DNA of 64,000 bases from Bacteroidia bacterium (GCA_028247315.1 JAOKFZ010000003.1:25800-89799), one strand, 5' to 3'; shown: positions 47,348 to 57,564, counted from the stretch's first letter. A program made the numbers and translations. Notes: generated by a model not told the origin, from the letters alone.

Positions 47348-48124
47348 TTATTCATTAATGAGAATCTCAACTCTTCTATTCGTTCGTATTCCACTCTCGG
47401 TGATATAGTCTGCAAGAGGTTCTGTCTGTACCTGACTACTTACAGTAATATTATTTGGATTCAACCCTTTGGCAATAAGAATTTCTCTCACCATATTAGC
47501 ACGCTCTAGTCCGAGTTCATAGTTGTCTCCATTCGCTACGGCGTTGTACGTATGCCCTATTATATTGATTGCCTTCCCTTTTTCATGAATAGCCATGAAC
47601 TGTAAGTATACCTCAAGCTTAACAGGCAATGCATCAACACTTACATTTTCATCAAAATATAAGAATGCACCCAAATCAGTCTCTTCTACAAACTGGTTCT
47701 TTATCCTAATGTTAAATTTTATTGCATCCAGAAATTCTATGTCCTCTCCAAAACTTATTTCCTTAGAAGAAAGCACTATTCTACTTGGATCTATATCCGA
47801 TAATGTTTGCACAACTGCATTAGCTCTTGCCATACCAAGATTGTCAAAGTCAGTACTATTCAGTTCAGTAGGATCGTATAACCCCACAATAATTAGAACG
47901 TCCGTTTCACCCAATCTTTCCATAGTCCTACTCTTGAAATCATCAAAACTAGGGTTCACTTTAGGACTAGATACTCCATGCTCAAACGTAAATGCTGGGA
48001 GTTCTATTTTAGCAATACTAGTGCTGCTTGGGCACTTCTCTTTAATCTTACATACGTAGTACCAGCCCGATGAAAGCGACCAAGTAAGGAAAAGTAAGAC
48101 GATGAGAAATGCTTTTGACTTCAT
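47348..48124 (-). CDS. OmpA family protein
   Basis: C-terminal OmpA-like domain (GHTYNAVANGDNYELGLERANMVREIL...NRRVEILI). Confidence 0.7.
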   Translation of the reverse strand: MKSKAFLIVLLFLTWSLSSGWYYVCKIKEKCPSSTSIAKIELPAFTFEHGVSSPKVNPSFDDFKSRTMERLGETDVLIIVGLYDPTELNSTDFDNLGMARANAVVQTLSDIDPSRIVLSSKEISFGEDIEFLDAIKFNIRIKNQFVEETDLGAFLYFDENVSVDALPVKLEVYLQFMAIHEKGKAINIIGHTYNAVANGDNYELGLERANMVREILIAKGLNPNNITVSSQVQTEPLADYITESGIRTNRRVEILINE

Positions 48125-48155
48125 ACCACGGTATTTTTAGTTATTTTCCAATTAG

Positions 48156-48243
48156 CGGAGAGAGAGGGATTCGAACCCTCGGTACACTTGTGATGTACAC
48201 ACACTTTCCAAGCGTGCTCCTTAAGCCACTCGGACACCTCTCC
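48156..48243 (-). tRNA. tRNA-Ser (anticodon GGA)
   Basis: The minus-strand sequence GGAGAGGTGTCCGAGTGGCTTAAGGAGCACGCTTGGAAAGTGTG...GAGGGTTCGAATCCCTCTCTCTCCG folds as follows: 7-bp acceptor stem; anticodon stem CACGC/GTGTG with loop TTGGAAA; long variable arm; T-loop TTCGAAT. No CCA is encoded. Confidence 0.9.
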
Positions 48244-48260
48244 TGACACTACAAAGTAAA

Positions 48261-49019
48261 TTATAATTTGAACAATGCCAATGCATTCTCTGTAGTTCTC
48301 TTCTTTATCACCTGTTCAGATACGTCAAACACGTAGCTTAACTGCTTTACTACCTCAATAATGTAGCTGGTTTCATTTCGCTTACCTCTATAGGGTACCG
48401 GTGCCAAATAGGGTGCATCCGTCTCAACGATTATATTATCCAGTGATAGATCTTTCAATTCCTCTCTTAATGTACTATTCTTAAACGTAACAACCCCACC
48501 TATACCCAAGAGAAAACCCATATCTATAATCTCCTTAGCCTGTTCCTTGCTACCTCCAAAACAATGAAAGACTCCTGTAAGCTCTTGGAAAGAGTTCCTT
48601 TTGATTAAGTCTATAATTAGACCTGTGGATTCCCTAGAATGAATAGCTATAGGTAGTTTCATCTCCTCTGCCCACTTGCATTGTTCTACAAATGCTGCTT
48701 CTTGGTACGGTTGTGTTGTTTTGTCCCAATATAAATCTATGCCTATCTCGCCTACGGCTATGTAGTGATTCTCTCTAAACTCATGTTTGATGGCCTGCAG
48801 TTGTTCTTTGTAGTTCTCTTTTACATAACAGGGATGCAGCCCCATCATTGGTACGCATATGTCAGAAGATTTTGCAAGTGAATTCAAACGATCAATGGTC
48901 GTTTCATCTATGTTAGGTAGTAGCACCCGCTGAATGCCTGCCTCCTTAGCCCTTGCCAATACAGCATCTCTATCTTCATCAAATTCCTCAGCATACAGGT
49001 GTGCGTGTGTATCTATCAT
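48261..49019 (-). CDS. TatD family metal-dependent hydrolase/DNase
   Basis: MIDTHAHLY..., EIGIDLYW, HSRE, HCFGG and ETDAPYL motifs. Confidence 0.9.
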   Translation of the reverse strand: MIDTHAHLYAEEFDEDRDAVLARAKEAGIQRVLLPNIDETTIDRLNSLAKSSDICVPMMGLHPCYVKENYKEQLQAIKHEFRENHYIAVGEIGIDLYWDKTTQPYQEAAFVEQCKWAEEMKLPIAIHSRESTGLIIDLIKRNSFQELTGVFHCFGGSKEQAKEIIDMGFLLGIGGVVTFKNSTLREELKDLSLDNIIVETDAPYLAPVPYRGKRNETSYIIEVVKQLSYVFDVSEQVIKKRTTENALALFKL

Positions 49020-49041
49020 ATAATCAAGGCAAAGTTAGAAC

Positions 49042-49084
49042 AAAAAAAATCCTGCTCCCTATACAGGGAGCAGGACTCTTTTGT
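49042..49084 (-). terminator. Rho-independent terminator of the 1314-aa gene
   Basis: 11-bp stem TCCTGCTCCCT / AGGGAGCAGGA. On the minus strand it is followed by a T8 run. Confidence 0.7.
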
Positions 49085-49100
49085 AATTTATCGCCGTTTC

Positions 49101-52100
49101 TTATTTAGAAACTGTGATTCTTTTTGTTGCGTAGAAGTCACCGTTCTTTACTTGTACAAAGTATACTCCGTCTGCTACTGCTGACATGTCTACACTGTAC
49201 GTTCCGTTTAGGTTGTCTACTACTGATACATTCATTGTGTTACCCAAGATGTCTCCTACTTTCACTTCTACTTCTCCTGCATTTTCTACAGTTACGCTGA
49301 ATTGTCCGTTGGATGGATTTGGATATACATTGATCATTGAATTGTTCTTAGTTAACTCATCTACACCTACTAGGTTGATGCTGATAGTCTCACAAGACTC
49401 ATTCCAGCACTCGCCTTCTTTAGTTGCAAGACACGCTTCTAATGTAGCTATGTCTTGGTTTACATAGGTATATGTAGGATCTTCAATCTGATCTTTTCCA
49501 CCATCTCCAAATGTCCATCTGTACTGATCGTTACCTTCTGGACCGTTAAACACTACTGATCTACCATCTTTCACAAACGTAAAGGCTGCAACTGGTGCTG
49601 GATTTACCGTAACTGGCTTAGTGATTTGATCACTACATCCACCGGATACTATAGCCTCTAACGTTACATTGTACGTTCTTGGTGTTGTGTACGCATAGGT
49701 AGGTGATAAATCTGTGCTTGTCGCTGTTGGCCCGTCTCCGAACGTCCATACGTACGTAAGATCTCCTGCTGCTACGGTTGAATTATTGGTAAATACCGCT
49801 TTGTCTCCTTCACATACAGATCCTGCTTCGAAATCTGCTACTGCTTGTAGTACTACCTCTACCTCTTTAGTGATTGAGTTTGTACACCCATTCAAGTCAG
49901 CTATTGTAAGGGTCACTTCCTTAGCACCTACTTTACTAAATAGGTATGTTGGATTTTCTTGTCCTGAAGTTGATTCTCCATCAAAATCCCATGCCCACGT
50001 ACTATTTGCAGCATCAGCTGTTCCTGTTCTAGTGAAGTTGATTGGTGTAAGGTTACACGCTGCATCAAATGAAAAGTCTGCCTCTGGCGAAACGTTTAAG
50101 TTTACAACCTTAGAGACTGCATCCACACACCCAAACTCAGAGGTAGCTGTTAATACTACTGTCTTAGCTCCTGCTGTTGCAAATGCATATGCTGGTGCTT
50201 CTTCTCTTGAAATGGCTACTGAATTGAAGTCCCAAGCAAATCCCATTCCTGCTCCGTTTGGTATAGTAGACTCATTGTTGAAGACTACATCTACAAAGTT
50301 ACATTCTCCTGTACTTGAAAAATCAGCAACTGGCTTTTCAAACTGGTATGCATTCTTAGTGAGTGTTGCATCACATCCGTTAGCAGAAGCTAATACAGAA
50401 ATCTGACGCTGTCCTGGTGTAGCAAATGTATACGCTGGATTAACATCCGTAGATGTCGCTTCTCCTGCAAAATCCCATGTATAACTGATAGGGTCTGTAG
50501 TAGGCAACGTCGTACTGTTTACAATAGTGATAGGTGATCCTTCACATGCATTCAATACTTTGAAATCTATTTCTGGTTTTGGTGTTACATTGATCGTGTT
50601 TATCGCAGTATATTCAAACTTAGGGTACTGACCATTGGCTACAGTCATCTCAACATTTACGTTGTTACCGTATGTAGTATACTCCCAAAAACCATCTTTG
50701 ATATCAGAGTTATCATCTGTGACAGATAAGTCTGGATCTGCAAATTCCCATGATGTTACTATATAACTCGTACCACCCAAGGTAGACGTATTCTTGAATT
50801 GTGATGTGTTACCCAAGCATATGTCAGCAGCATCAAATGACGGTACTGGCGAATGCGGCACATACATGTATCTGCCAAACGCTGTATCACAACCTGTGGC
50901 AGCATCTAGTGCAGTAATCTCTACAAAAATAGTCTCACCAGCAAGTGTTGATAATGGATCTGTGCTGATAGCATTCCCCGTAGGCGATGCCAATGTAAAA
51001 CCACTTGATGTAACGTCTGTACCACCAGCTACTGTAGTAGCTTTAAGTGAATAACTATATCCTGCTGCAGAAGGAGCTCCTTGTGTAGCAGGCAATATTT
51101 CGTAATCAGAAATATAATTATTAACAACTGCATCTGGATCTAACATTGTTCCAGAATTACAGTATCCGCCAAAAATAGCACCTTGTACAAGACTACCACC
51201 TGTAGGTGAACTAACGATATCAAAAGAATAGTCGTCGTTATTATTTGATAAATTATCATCTACTCCATCTATGTATGCAGATATAACGTTAGTCCCTGGA
51301 GTATTGAAAACAGCAGGGCTACTAAATACATAACTAATAGACGAACCAGCACTTATTGGCCCAGCAATTACTTCAGACACTTTCCCGCCACCGTTTATAT
51401 CAAAAGCTACAGGAATAGCCGTTACTGGATAAGCACCTTCATTTTTTACCGTAATACCTACAGCCTTAGTAAATCCACCGCATTCCAAAGTGTTTGTAGT
51501 GAAATCTATTTGCGTATTAGAAAAATCTAAATTATACTCTACAGCTCCTAAATCTGGAGTAGTAAGGCTTCTTACATTTCCATACAAATCCGAAGTAAGG
51601 CCAGTATATGTAACACCTAAATTACCAAGACCAAAGGATGACACTCTATAGTCACTATTACTTCTATCTACAAATGAAACTGGGATGTTGTACCAATTTG
51701 TACCTAATCCAGCCGACATTGCCGTAAAACTTCCATATGTGGCGTTATGATATGCATGAATCACAGTTCCTGAACCTGTGATGTCTGCAAGATACATATT
51801 GTTATTGTCAAATGAATTTACACCTATACCTGCTGCGTCAAAACCATATATACCATAAAAATTACCTGCAGTTTTATTCACATTTGAGTAAATAATATTA
51901 TTCTGAACAAGTCCATCGATATATCCAACATACATAGCATAAATAAAAGATGTGCTATTCTGCCCAGGATCTTTCATTATATTGATAGTATTATTTATTA
52001 TGTCGATACCGCCAGAGCTAAAAGGTGCATATACATAAATACCATACGCTCTATTGGCACCGCTAAGATCAACTACATTGTTTGCCACAAGTGCTTTGTC

Positions 52101-53045
52101 CGTAGATGGCGCATAATAATTGTAAGCGTATATTCCGTATTTAGAAGAGGTTGTAGAGTTTGCAAGATTATAAACCCTATTACTTTTAATTATCTGACCG
52201 CCACCAGCAAAATATGAATAAGAGTAGATACCATACATGGTGCCAGACCTAGTACATCCTGTATTATGAACTTTGTTGTTAATAATAGTAAGTCCTTCAT
52301 CAGCGTAGTAAGTTCTCAGACCATAAGTTCTCCAGTTTTTGATTTCGTTACCATCGAAAGTATTGAAGTCATTGTCAGTATTGTTATTCTCGTCTGCAGT
52401 AAAGAAACCCCAATATGGTCCGGCTTGTACGGGTCCGCTGGTTACGTTATTCTTAACAAGGCAATTTGATCCAGCAGACGAATAAGTATAAACTGAAGTA
52501 TTAGAACCGTTCCCTATAAGAAGGTAACAGTTGCCAGAGCTCGTTCCTGTCATGTTAGGCATATTGAGCTCGCAGTTCTCTACGGTAATATTTTCCGACT
52601 CATCGCGAATTTGAACACAACGTCCATAAAGTGACGCCGTATTTTCGATGACTAAATTGTCAAATGAAATGTAAGAACACTCACTAACCGTGATGGTAGC
52701 TGAGACAGACCTCGATCCTGCGTGAGTTACTGTTTCTCCGTTTCCGTTTATGGTAATACTGTTAGTTGCAGATGTTCCTGCAATATCATCAAACCTAACA
52801 TTTCCACTGTATGGGCCTGAACCCGCAATAAAATTAACAGTTACAGCTCCACTGACGCCAGAAGTATTAATAGCTGACACAAATTCAGAAAAACTTGCAT
52901 AGTTTGTTCCACTTGTAGTAGAACCTGAGTTAATGGTATAAGTACCATTTAGTTGGGCTGAAGCCGAGCCTGCAAAGAGCATAGCACCGAATACAACTAG
53001 TGATTTTAGATCGAAAAGCCAATTTCGTTTGTAAATTTTTTTCAT
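49101..53045 (-). CDS. Giant T9SS-secreted surface protein: parallel beta-helix region, central Ig-like region, about 5-6 PKD-like domains and a CTD
   Basis: Signal peptide. N-terminal repeats with YGIY-type motifs (MYGIYSYSYF, KYGIYAYNYY, AYGIYVYAPF, FYGIYGFDAAG). PKD-like units (..WDFxG..S...NPTYxF...G...VTLT). CTD: INVYPNPSNGQFSVTV...GVYFVQVKNGDFYATKRITVSK. Confidence 0.8.
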   Translation of the reverse strand: MKKIYKRNWLFDLKSLVVFGAMLFAGSASAQLNGTYTINSGSTTSGTNYASFSEFVSAINTSGVSGAVTVNFIAGSGPYSGNVRFDDIAGTSATNSITINGNGETVTHAGSRSVSATITVSECSYISFDNLVIENTASLYGRCVQIRDESENITVENCELNMPNMTGTSSGNCYLLIGNGSNTSVYTYSSAGSNCLVKNNVTSGPVQAGPYWGFFTADENNNTDNDFNTFDGNEIKNWRTYGLRTYYADEGLTIINNKVHNTGCTRSGTMYGIYSYSYFAGGGQIIKSNRVYNLANSTTSSKYGIYAYNYYAPSTDKALVANNVVDLSGANRAYGIYVYAPFSSGGIDIINNTINIMKDPGQNSTSFIYAMYVGYIDGLVQNNIIYSNVNKTAGNFYGIYGFDAAGIGVNSFDNNNMYLADITGSGTVIHAYHNATYGSFTAMSAGLGTNWYNIPVSFVDRSNSDYRVSSFGLGNLGVTYTGLTSDLYGNVRSLTTPDLGAVEYNLDFSNTQIDFTTNTLECGGFTKAVGITVKNEGAYPVTAIPVAFDINGGGKVSEVIAGPISAGSSISYVFSSPAVFNTPGTNVISAYIDGVDDNLSNNNDDYSFDIVSSPTGGSLVQGAIFGGYCNSGTMLDPDAVVNNYISDYEILPATQGAPSAAGYSYSLKATTVAGGTDVTSSGFTLASPTGNAISTDPLSTLAGETIFVEITALDAATGCDTAFGRYMYVPHSPVPSFDAADICLGNTSQFKNTSTLGGTSYIVTSWEFADPDLSVTDDNSDIKDGFWEYTTYGNNVNVEMTVANGQYPKFEYTAINTINVTPKPEIDFKVLNACEGSPITIVNSTTLPTTDPISYTWDFAGEATSTDVNPAYTFATPGQRQISVLASANGCDATLTKNAYQFEKPVADFSSTGECNFVDVVFNNESTIPNGAGMGFAWDFNSVAISREEAPAYAFATAGAKTVVLTATSEFGCVDAVSKVVNLNVSPEADFSFDAACNLTPINFTRTGTADAANSTWAWDFDGESTSGQENPTYLFSKVGAKEVTLTIADLNGCTNSITKEVEVVLQAVADFEAGSVCEGDKAVFTNNSTVAAGDLTYVWTFGDGPTATSTDLSPTYAYTTPRTYNVTLEAIVSGGCSDQITKPVTVNPAPVAAFTFVKDGRSVVFNGPEGNDQYRWTFGDGGKDQIEDPTYTYVNQDIATLEACLATKEGECWNESCETISINLVGVDELTKNNSMINVYPNPSNGQFSVTVENAGEVEVKVGDILGNTMNVSVVDNLNGTYSVDMSAVADGVYFVQVKNGDFYATKRITVSK

Positions 53046-53092
53046 ACGCTTAAGATTAATTGATAATTACGTTAATTCTCTTTTGAGAGCAT

Positions 53093-53100
53093 CAAATTTA
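53093..53100 (-). promoter_or_regulatory. -7 promoter box (TAAATTTG on the minus strand) of the giant surface-protein gene
   Basis: TAnnTTTG match about 47 nt upstream of the ATG at 53045. Confidence 0.4.
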
Positions 53101-53148
53101 ATCAAAAAAATGAAAATTCAATTTTTTTACTTGATAATGACAAAAAAA

Positions 53149-53774
53149 CTATAAAATTTCATAGTTAGTATAGTAAACGAATTCTGATTTTGGCCAAGAA
53201 CCCACATCCCTAGTATGATTCTGCCGTCTCTCCGGGATATATATCCTACGTGCGAGAAGCCATGGAAGAACTTTAGTTAGATAATTGCTAGATCTATATC
53301 CCCCAACTATAACACAATCCAGTTTCAATGTGTCACTTATATAGTCTTTGGTATAGTCTAAAAACAAACAGCTTTTGTGCTTCTACTCCCCGAAGAATCA
53401 ATTGCTGATATTAACTCTACCTGGCAACTTATGGACTTGGCTTTCTGCTCTGGATTATTTTTTATTCTAACGAGCAACTCACTTGCCTTGTCCACATTAG
53501 CATAATGCGAGGAGTAATGGATTTGTTCGTAAGCTCCTGTGGTCAGATATCCTATCACTAAAAAATGCACAAGTGCCAATAATGAGACTATTTGCTGCAG
53601 CGGTCTATTGATGTGCTTCCGGAAATAGATATGAGCACTGAGTAAAGCTGGGATACCCATTCCCAAAAAAACAAGCATAGGAAAACACGACCAAGTGAAT
53701 TCTACGTAACAAAAAATACCAAGTATAAATGGGATTAGAAACCTCAGAAGTGGTATATGTCGCCAAACATACAT
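53149..53774 (-). pseudogene. comEC: ComEC/Rec2 N-terminal remnant (frameshifted and 3'-truncated)
   Basis: The first ORF (53358..53774) has the ComEC N-terminal TM/DUF4131-like pattern (MYVWRHIPLLRFLIPFILGIFCY...). Reading shifts frame in a T-run at ~53360 and stops at 53149 after ~210 codons in total. The competence and metallo-beta-lactamase domains are absent. Confidence 0.5.
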
Positions 53775-53782
53775 CTACTTAT

Positions 53783-54400
53783 CTAGGCATATTTTCTGTA
53801 CATCAAGGCTTTCAATTCGTCTTTTAGGTCTTCATCATCCCACACCAACTTAGCTTTATACTTGTGGTATACTGCAAATGCAGACTCCCGATCTCCGGCA
53901 CCCTCTAATTGGTTCATGAAACTATTGTACGCTTTATGGTCTCCGTCAAAAAATGCACTCTGAAACTCAAATCGTTTGGCAACCGACATTCCTTTGGCAA
54001 TACTCTTTATAGGTTCACTGCTAAATTTTTCGAAAAGTGACAGCATTTCATCATCTGCTTTCACCATATGCCTAACTAGTGGTTTCTTAACCTCCTCTTT
54101 TCGTTCTAGCTGAGCTCCTTCTATTGTTTCACCTACTACTGGGGTGGGAACTGATGCGGACTCTAATTCACGCTCTATTATAGGCACCTCATTAGCTACT
54201 GAGGTACTTGAAGCTTTTAACTTTATTTTACCTTGAAGAGCAAGCTTGTTTATCTCTTCATACAAATCTATACATTGCTTACGGAGCACATCAATATCTA
54301 ACCGCGATAATTTTTCTGAATGAAGACTTAAGCGACTATTATTTATGCTCAAAAGGTCCAAAAGTTCATCTATTCTTTGGTGAATGCTATCTCTACTCAT
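53783..54400 (-). CDS. Hypothetical protein
   Basis: 205-aa ORF with an N-terminal coiled-coil-like region. No family recognised. Confidence 0.5.
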   Translation of the reverse strand: MSRDSIHQRIDELLDLLSINNSRLSLHSEKLSRLDIDVLRKQCIDLYEEINKLALQGKIKLKASSTSVANEVPIIERELESASVPTPVVGETIEGAQLERKEEVKKPLVRHMVKADDEMLSLFEKFSSEPIKSIAKGMSVAKRFEFQSAFFDGDHKAYNSFMNQLEGAGDRESAFAVYHKYKAKLVWDDEDLKDELKALMYRKYA

Positions 54401-54460
54401 AATAATGGTACGAATAAAATCATTTATTATTACTTTCGGCAGCCATTATCAACATAGAAA

Positions 54461-55048
54461 ATGTTTATAGAACCTAAAAACAATAGAGGCTGGATAGAGG
54501 TAATATGTGGCTCTATGTTCTCTGGCAAAACGGAAGAACTTATTCGTAGAGTCAAACGAGCCAGAATCGCAAATTTGAAGGTTCGCATTTTTAAACCAAA
54601 GATGGAAACGCGTTATGACAAGGTGAAAGTAGTGTCTCACGACGATAACCATGTTGACTCTTTTCCTGTAGATCACTCAGAAGAGATGCTTCGTTGGATA
54701 GATGATATAGAAGTAATCGGTATAGATGAGGCTCAGTTTTTTGATGAAGGATTACCTGCGGTATGTCATCAGCTAGCCAATATGGGTAAACGTGTAGTAA
54801 TAGCTGGACTTGATATGGACTATATGGCACAACCTTTTGGCGTAATGCCAAACCTAATGGCTATGGCAGAGTATGTAACCAAGGTGCACGCTATATGTAT
54901 GCAGTGTGGAGACGTAGCTCAGTACTCCTACCGATTCACCAAAAGTGGTGGACAGGTACAATTGGGCGAAAAAGACCAATACGAACCTCGGTGCAGAAGT
55001 TGCTATGTTAAAGGAATGGCAACGCAGCAAGCGGGTAAACGTAGATGA
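54461..55048 (+). CDS. tdk: Thymidine kinase
   Basis: GSMFSGKTEEL P-loop, IGIDEAQFF and a C-terminal Zn ribbon CMQCG...CRSC. Confidence 0.93.
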   Translation: MFIEPKNNRGWIEVICGSMFSGKTEELIRRVKRARIANLKVRIFKPKMETRYDKVKVVSHDDNHVDSFPVDHSEEMLRWIDDIEVIGIDEAQFFDEGLPAVCHQLANMGKRVVIAGLDMDYMAQPFGVMPNLMAMAEYVTKVHAICMQCGDVAQYSYRFTKSGGQVQLGEKDQYEPRCRSCYVKGMATQQAGKRR

Positions 55049-55865
55049 GATCACCAAAAAAACGATAACGGTCTTCTAACTGAAAGTACCCCTTGTTTTT
55101 CACAATGATGAATAAGGAGGCTTGCATAGCAAAAAATACAAACCACACCAATACCGAAACATCTTCTTGCCAAAGGCCTATGCTCATAAATATCAAACTA
55201 AGAAGAATACACAGGATAGAAAGCCTGCGAATAGTCATATCTGTTGTAAGCTGAGCTAAAGACAGCACATCAGCTTGATGATCTGCCTCCTTATCAAAAA
55301 AGGAGAATATGAATAAATTGGTGAGGTTTAACAATAACAGACTTATTGATACAACAGGCACGCTGTGCGGCCATAAGTCAAATGGTGCTTCTGCCAAAGG
55401 AGCGATACAAAACCCAACCGATACTACAAATGCAATGAATGCTTCTTTAAAAAAGAACTTTCGCTTGAAACGAACCGGTACTAGGTAGTTTACAACAAAA
55501 TGAGCCACTGTAAGTGCCATCAAGACTCCCACCATATTATAATGCGTTTGAGGAACATAAAATGCGAGCAGTAGAAGAAGCACCCCAACAATTGCTAACA
55601 TTGGAATCAACACTGTCTTCTTCGTAAAATGAACCGTATGTCTTCGTGCAGTGGCTTTATATTTTAGCTGGATACCATCTAGCAAATGGTCTAACGTATA
55701 GATAAACCATACACCAAGGGCTAAACCTGAAGCAACTACATAATTGGCCTGTACCTTATAAATTTTGCTAAAAAAAACATAGCAACTGAAAGAACCCAAT
55801 GCTACCGAAATGCTGTATGTGTTTATGAAATTGAGAAAGGCAATAAGTAGTTTGATTCGTTTCAT
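55008..55865 (-). CDS. Polytopic membrane protein, possibly a UbiA-like prenyltransferase
   Basis: About 8 TM segments. Asp-rich loops YTLDHLLDG and FFDKEADHQAD are reminiscent of UbiA motifs. Tentative. Confidence 0.4.
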   Translation of the reverse strand: MKRIKLLIAFLNFINTYSISVALGSFSCYVFFSKIYKVQANYVVASGLALGVWFIYTLDHLLDGIQLKYKATARRHTVHFTKKTVLIPMLAIVGVLLLLLAFYVPQTHYNMVGVLMALTVAHFVVNYLVPVRFKRKFFFKEAFIAFVVSVGFCIAPLAEAPFDLWPHSVPVVSISLLLLNLTNLFIFSFFDKEADHQADVLSLAQLTTDMTIRRLSILCILLSLIFMSIGLWQEDVSVLVWFVFFAMQASLFIIVKNKGYFQLEDRYRFFGDLIYVYPLAALPFL

Positions 55866-55881
55866 ATAAACGAACATCAAC

Positions 55882-56112
55882 TTAATCTACCGCTATGACT
55901 TCTTTTACTTCAGGGAGCATATTTTTTATGCTTTCTTCTAACCCCGCCTTCATTGTGAGGTGGCTAATACTACATGTACTGCACGCTCCTAATAACTTCA
56001 GCTTCACTACATGGTCTTCATAAGAAACAAGTTCTACATCTCCGCCATCTTTTCTTAAAAACGGTCTCATGCTTTCGAGGGCCTGTTCTATGGTTGATTC
56101 TTGTGTCGACAT
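55882..56112 (-). CDS. NifU-like C-terminal domain protein (Fe-S cluster scaffold/carrier)
   Basis: MRPFLRKDGGDVELVSYEDHVVKLKLLGACSTCSIS with a CxxC motif. Confidence 0.85.
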   Translation of the reverse strand: MSTQESTIEQALESMRPFLRKDGGDVELVSYEDHVVKLKLLGACSTCSISHLTMKAGLEESIKNMLPEVKEVIAVD

Positions 56113-56138
56113 TTTTACTTTGTCAAATTTACCTCTTT

Positions 56139-57146
56139 TTATCTACTAGCCGCTAACACGGATAGTATTTGTACTATTTTACCAACAATGGGTAGGTACT
56201 CGCTATGCAGACTTTCAAAAGACTTGTCTTCTTTTATTCTAATCTGTCCGAGTAAGTCAATGTTGAATTCTTCGCACAGTTTAACACCGCCATCTTTGCC
56301 AAATAGATAATACTTTGTGCCATCTTTTTCGGGTTGAAAATAACTCATGTTTTCAACTACTCCTAGTATATTCTGCTTGAGATGAGGATTGGTAAACATG
56401 TCTATCGCCTTACGTGTATCTGCAACGGCTACCTCTTCTGGAGTAGTCACTATTACTACTCCACTCAGTGGTATATGCTGTATTATGCTTAAATGAGCAT
56501 CCCCTGTCCCTGGCGGTAAATCTACAAATAGATAATCTAGCTCTCCCCATTTAACATCACTGCAAAATTGCGTAATGGCTTTACTTAACATTGGTCCTCT
56601 CCAAACCAAAGCCTGTTTACTATCGACCAAATATCCAATGCTCATCGTCTTAAGACCATACTTCTCTATGGGTAGCATGAGTTCGCCGTCCATGGCTGGG
56701 CTCTCTGCAGTAATTCCCAGTAAAGTAGGTATAGACGGGCCATGTATGTCTGCATCTAATATACCCACTCTAGCACCCGCTTCTTGGAGTGTACGAGCAA
56801 GGTTGACGGCTACCGTACTCTTACCTACGCCGCCTTTGCCAGACGCTACCGCTATAATGTTTTTTACACCCCCCAGTACAGTGTTATTATCTCTACTCAC
56901 CTGAACATTTGAAGTGACATTAATCTCAACCTCTGCAGTATCACTTACCATGGTACTAATTGCCGTTCTGCAAGCATTGGTAATACTATCTTTCATGGGG
57001 CAAGCTGGTGTAGTTAGTACAAGATCAAAAGAAATTTTGCTTCCTTCTATAACCAGTTTCTGAATCATATTGAGAGTCACCAGGTCTGTATTTAAGTCTG
57101 GATCATCTACATAGCCTAAGGCTTTTAATACTTCTTCGTTTGTCAT
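56139..57146 (-). CDS. apbC: Mrp/NBP35 family Fe-S cluster carrier ATPase
   Basis: N-terminal DUF59-like region, deviant Walker A SGKGGVGKST, and DLPPGTGD. Confidence 0.9.
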   Translation of the reverse strand: MTNEEVLKALGYVDDPDLNTDLVTLNMIQKLVIEGSKISFDLVLTTPACPMKDSITNACRTAISTMVSDTAEVEINVTSNVQVSRDNNTVLGGVKNIIAVASGKGGVGKSTVAVNLARTLQEAGARVGILDADIHGPSIPTLLGITAESPAMDGELMLPIEKYGLKTMSIGYLVDSKQALVWRGPMLSKAITQFCSDVKWGELDYLFVDLPPGTGDAHLSIIQHIPLSGVVIVTTPEEVAVADTRKAIDMFTNPHLKQNILGVVENMSYFQPEKDGTKYYLFGKDGGVKLCEEFNIDLLGQIRIKEDKSFESLHSEYLPIVGKIVQILSVLAASR

Positions 57147-57463
57147 TCTACGTTTTTTAGAAATGGAAAAAATCGTTTATTCATCTTTAGCAAAAACCAT
57201 CGTACAAATTTATACTCACCCAGAATACTTCCAATAATGAATAAAAGAACTTGATATATAAAATAGACGGCTACCATCGTGATGATAAGTTCATACCAAT
57301 GGAGCTCTCCATAAGTGCTTTTCTCAAAAAACAGGTTAGTAAACGGTCTTCTCACCAGGGTAACTGATGAACCCGTTATCGCGAAAATGAAGAAAATACG
57401 TATCATTCTGATGTCTGTTTCTACGTTCCATTTTACTTTAAGTTTTTCCCAGATAGACTTCAT
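57143..57463 (-). CDS. Small membrane protein (2 TM)
   Basis: Hydrophobic segments. 4-nt overlap with the downstream mrp gene. Confidence 0.45.
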   Translation of the reverse strand: MKSIWEKLKVKWNVETDIRMIRIFFIFAITGSSVTLVRRPFTNLFFEKSTYGELHWYELIITMVAVYFIYQVLLFIIGSILGEYKFVRWFLLKMNKRFFPFLKNVE

Positions 57464-57564
57464 TTTTTACTCTTGCAAAGCTACTTTTATTATTACTAAA
57501 ACTATTTAGCAGGCAATATAGTTTTCGGAGTTGTCGTTCCATTTTTGTCTGAAACGAAAAACTC

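Noticed and set aside
48125-48260. tRNA-Ser locus considered as an integration hotspot for a genomic island.
   Set aside because: There is no integrase or recombinase gene and no duplicated tRNA 3' end nearby. The flanking genes (OmpA-family and TatD) look like core genes.
49714-50406. 230-aa plus-strand ORF, and other plus-strand ORFs (49186..49467, 50794..51054, 52266..52469), inside the 1314-aa gene.
   Set aside because: They lie antisense to a strongly supported PKD/CTD-encoding gene. Their translations are low-complexity (A/S/T/V/P-rich mirror of the sense frame), with no start context or family resemblance.
55008-55048. 41-bp overlap of the convergent tdk and membrane-protein genes.
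   Set aside because: Both ORFs are well supported, and a short convergent 3' overlap is common. There is no evidence of special regulation.
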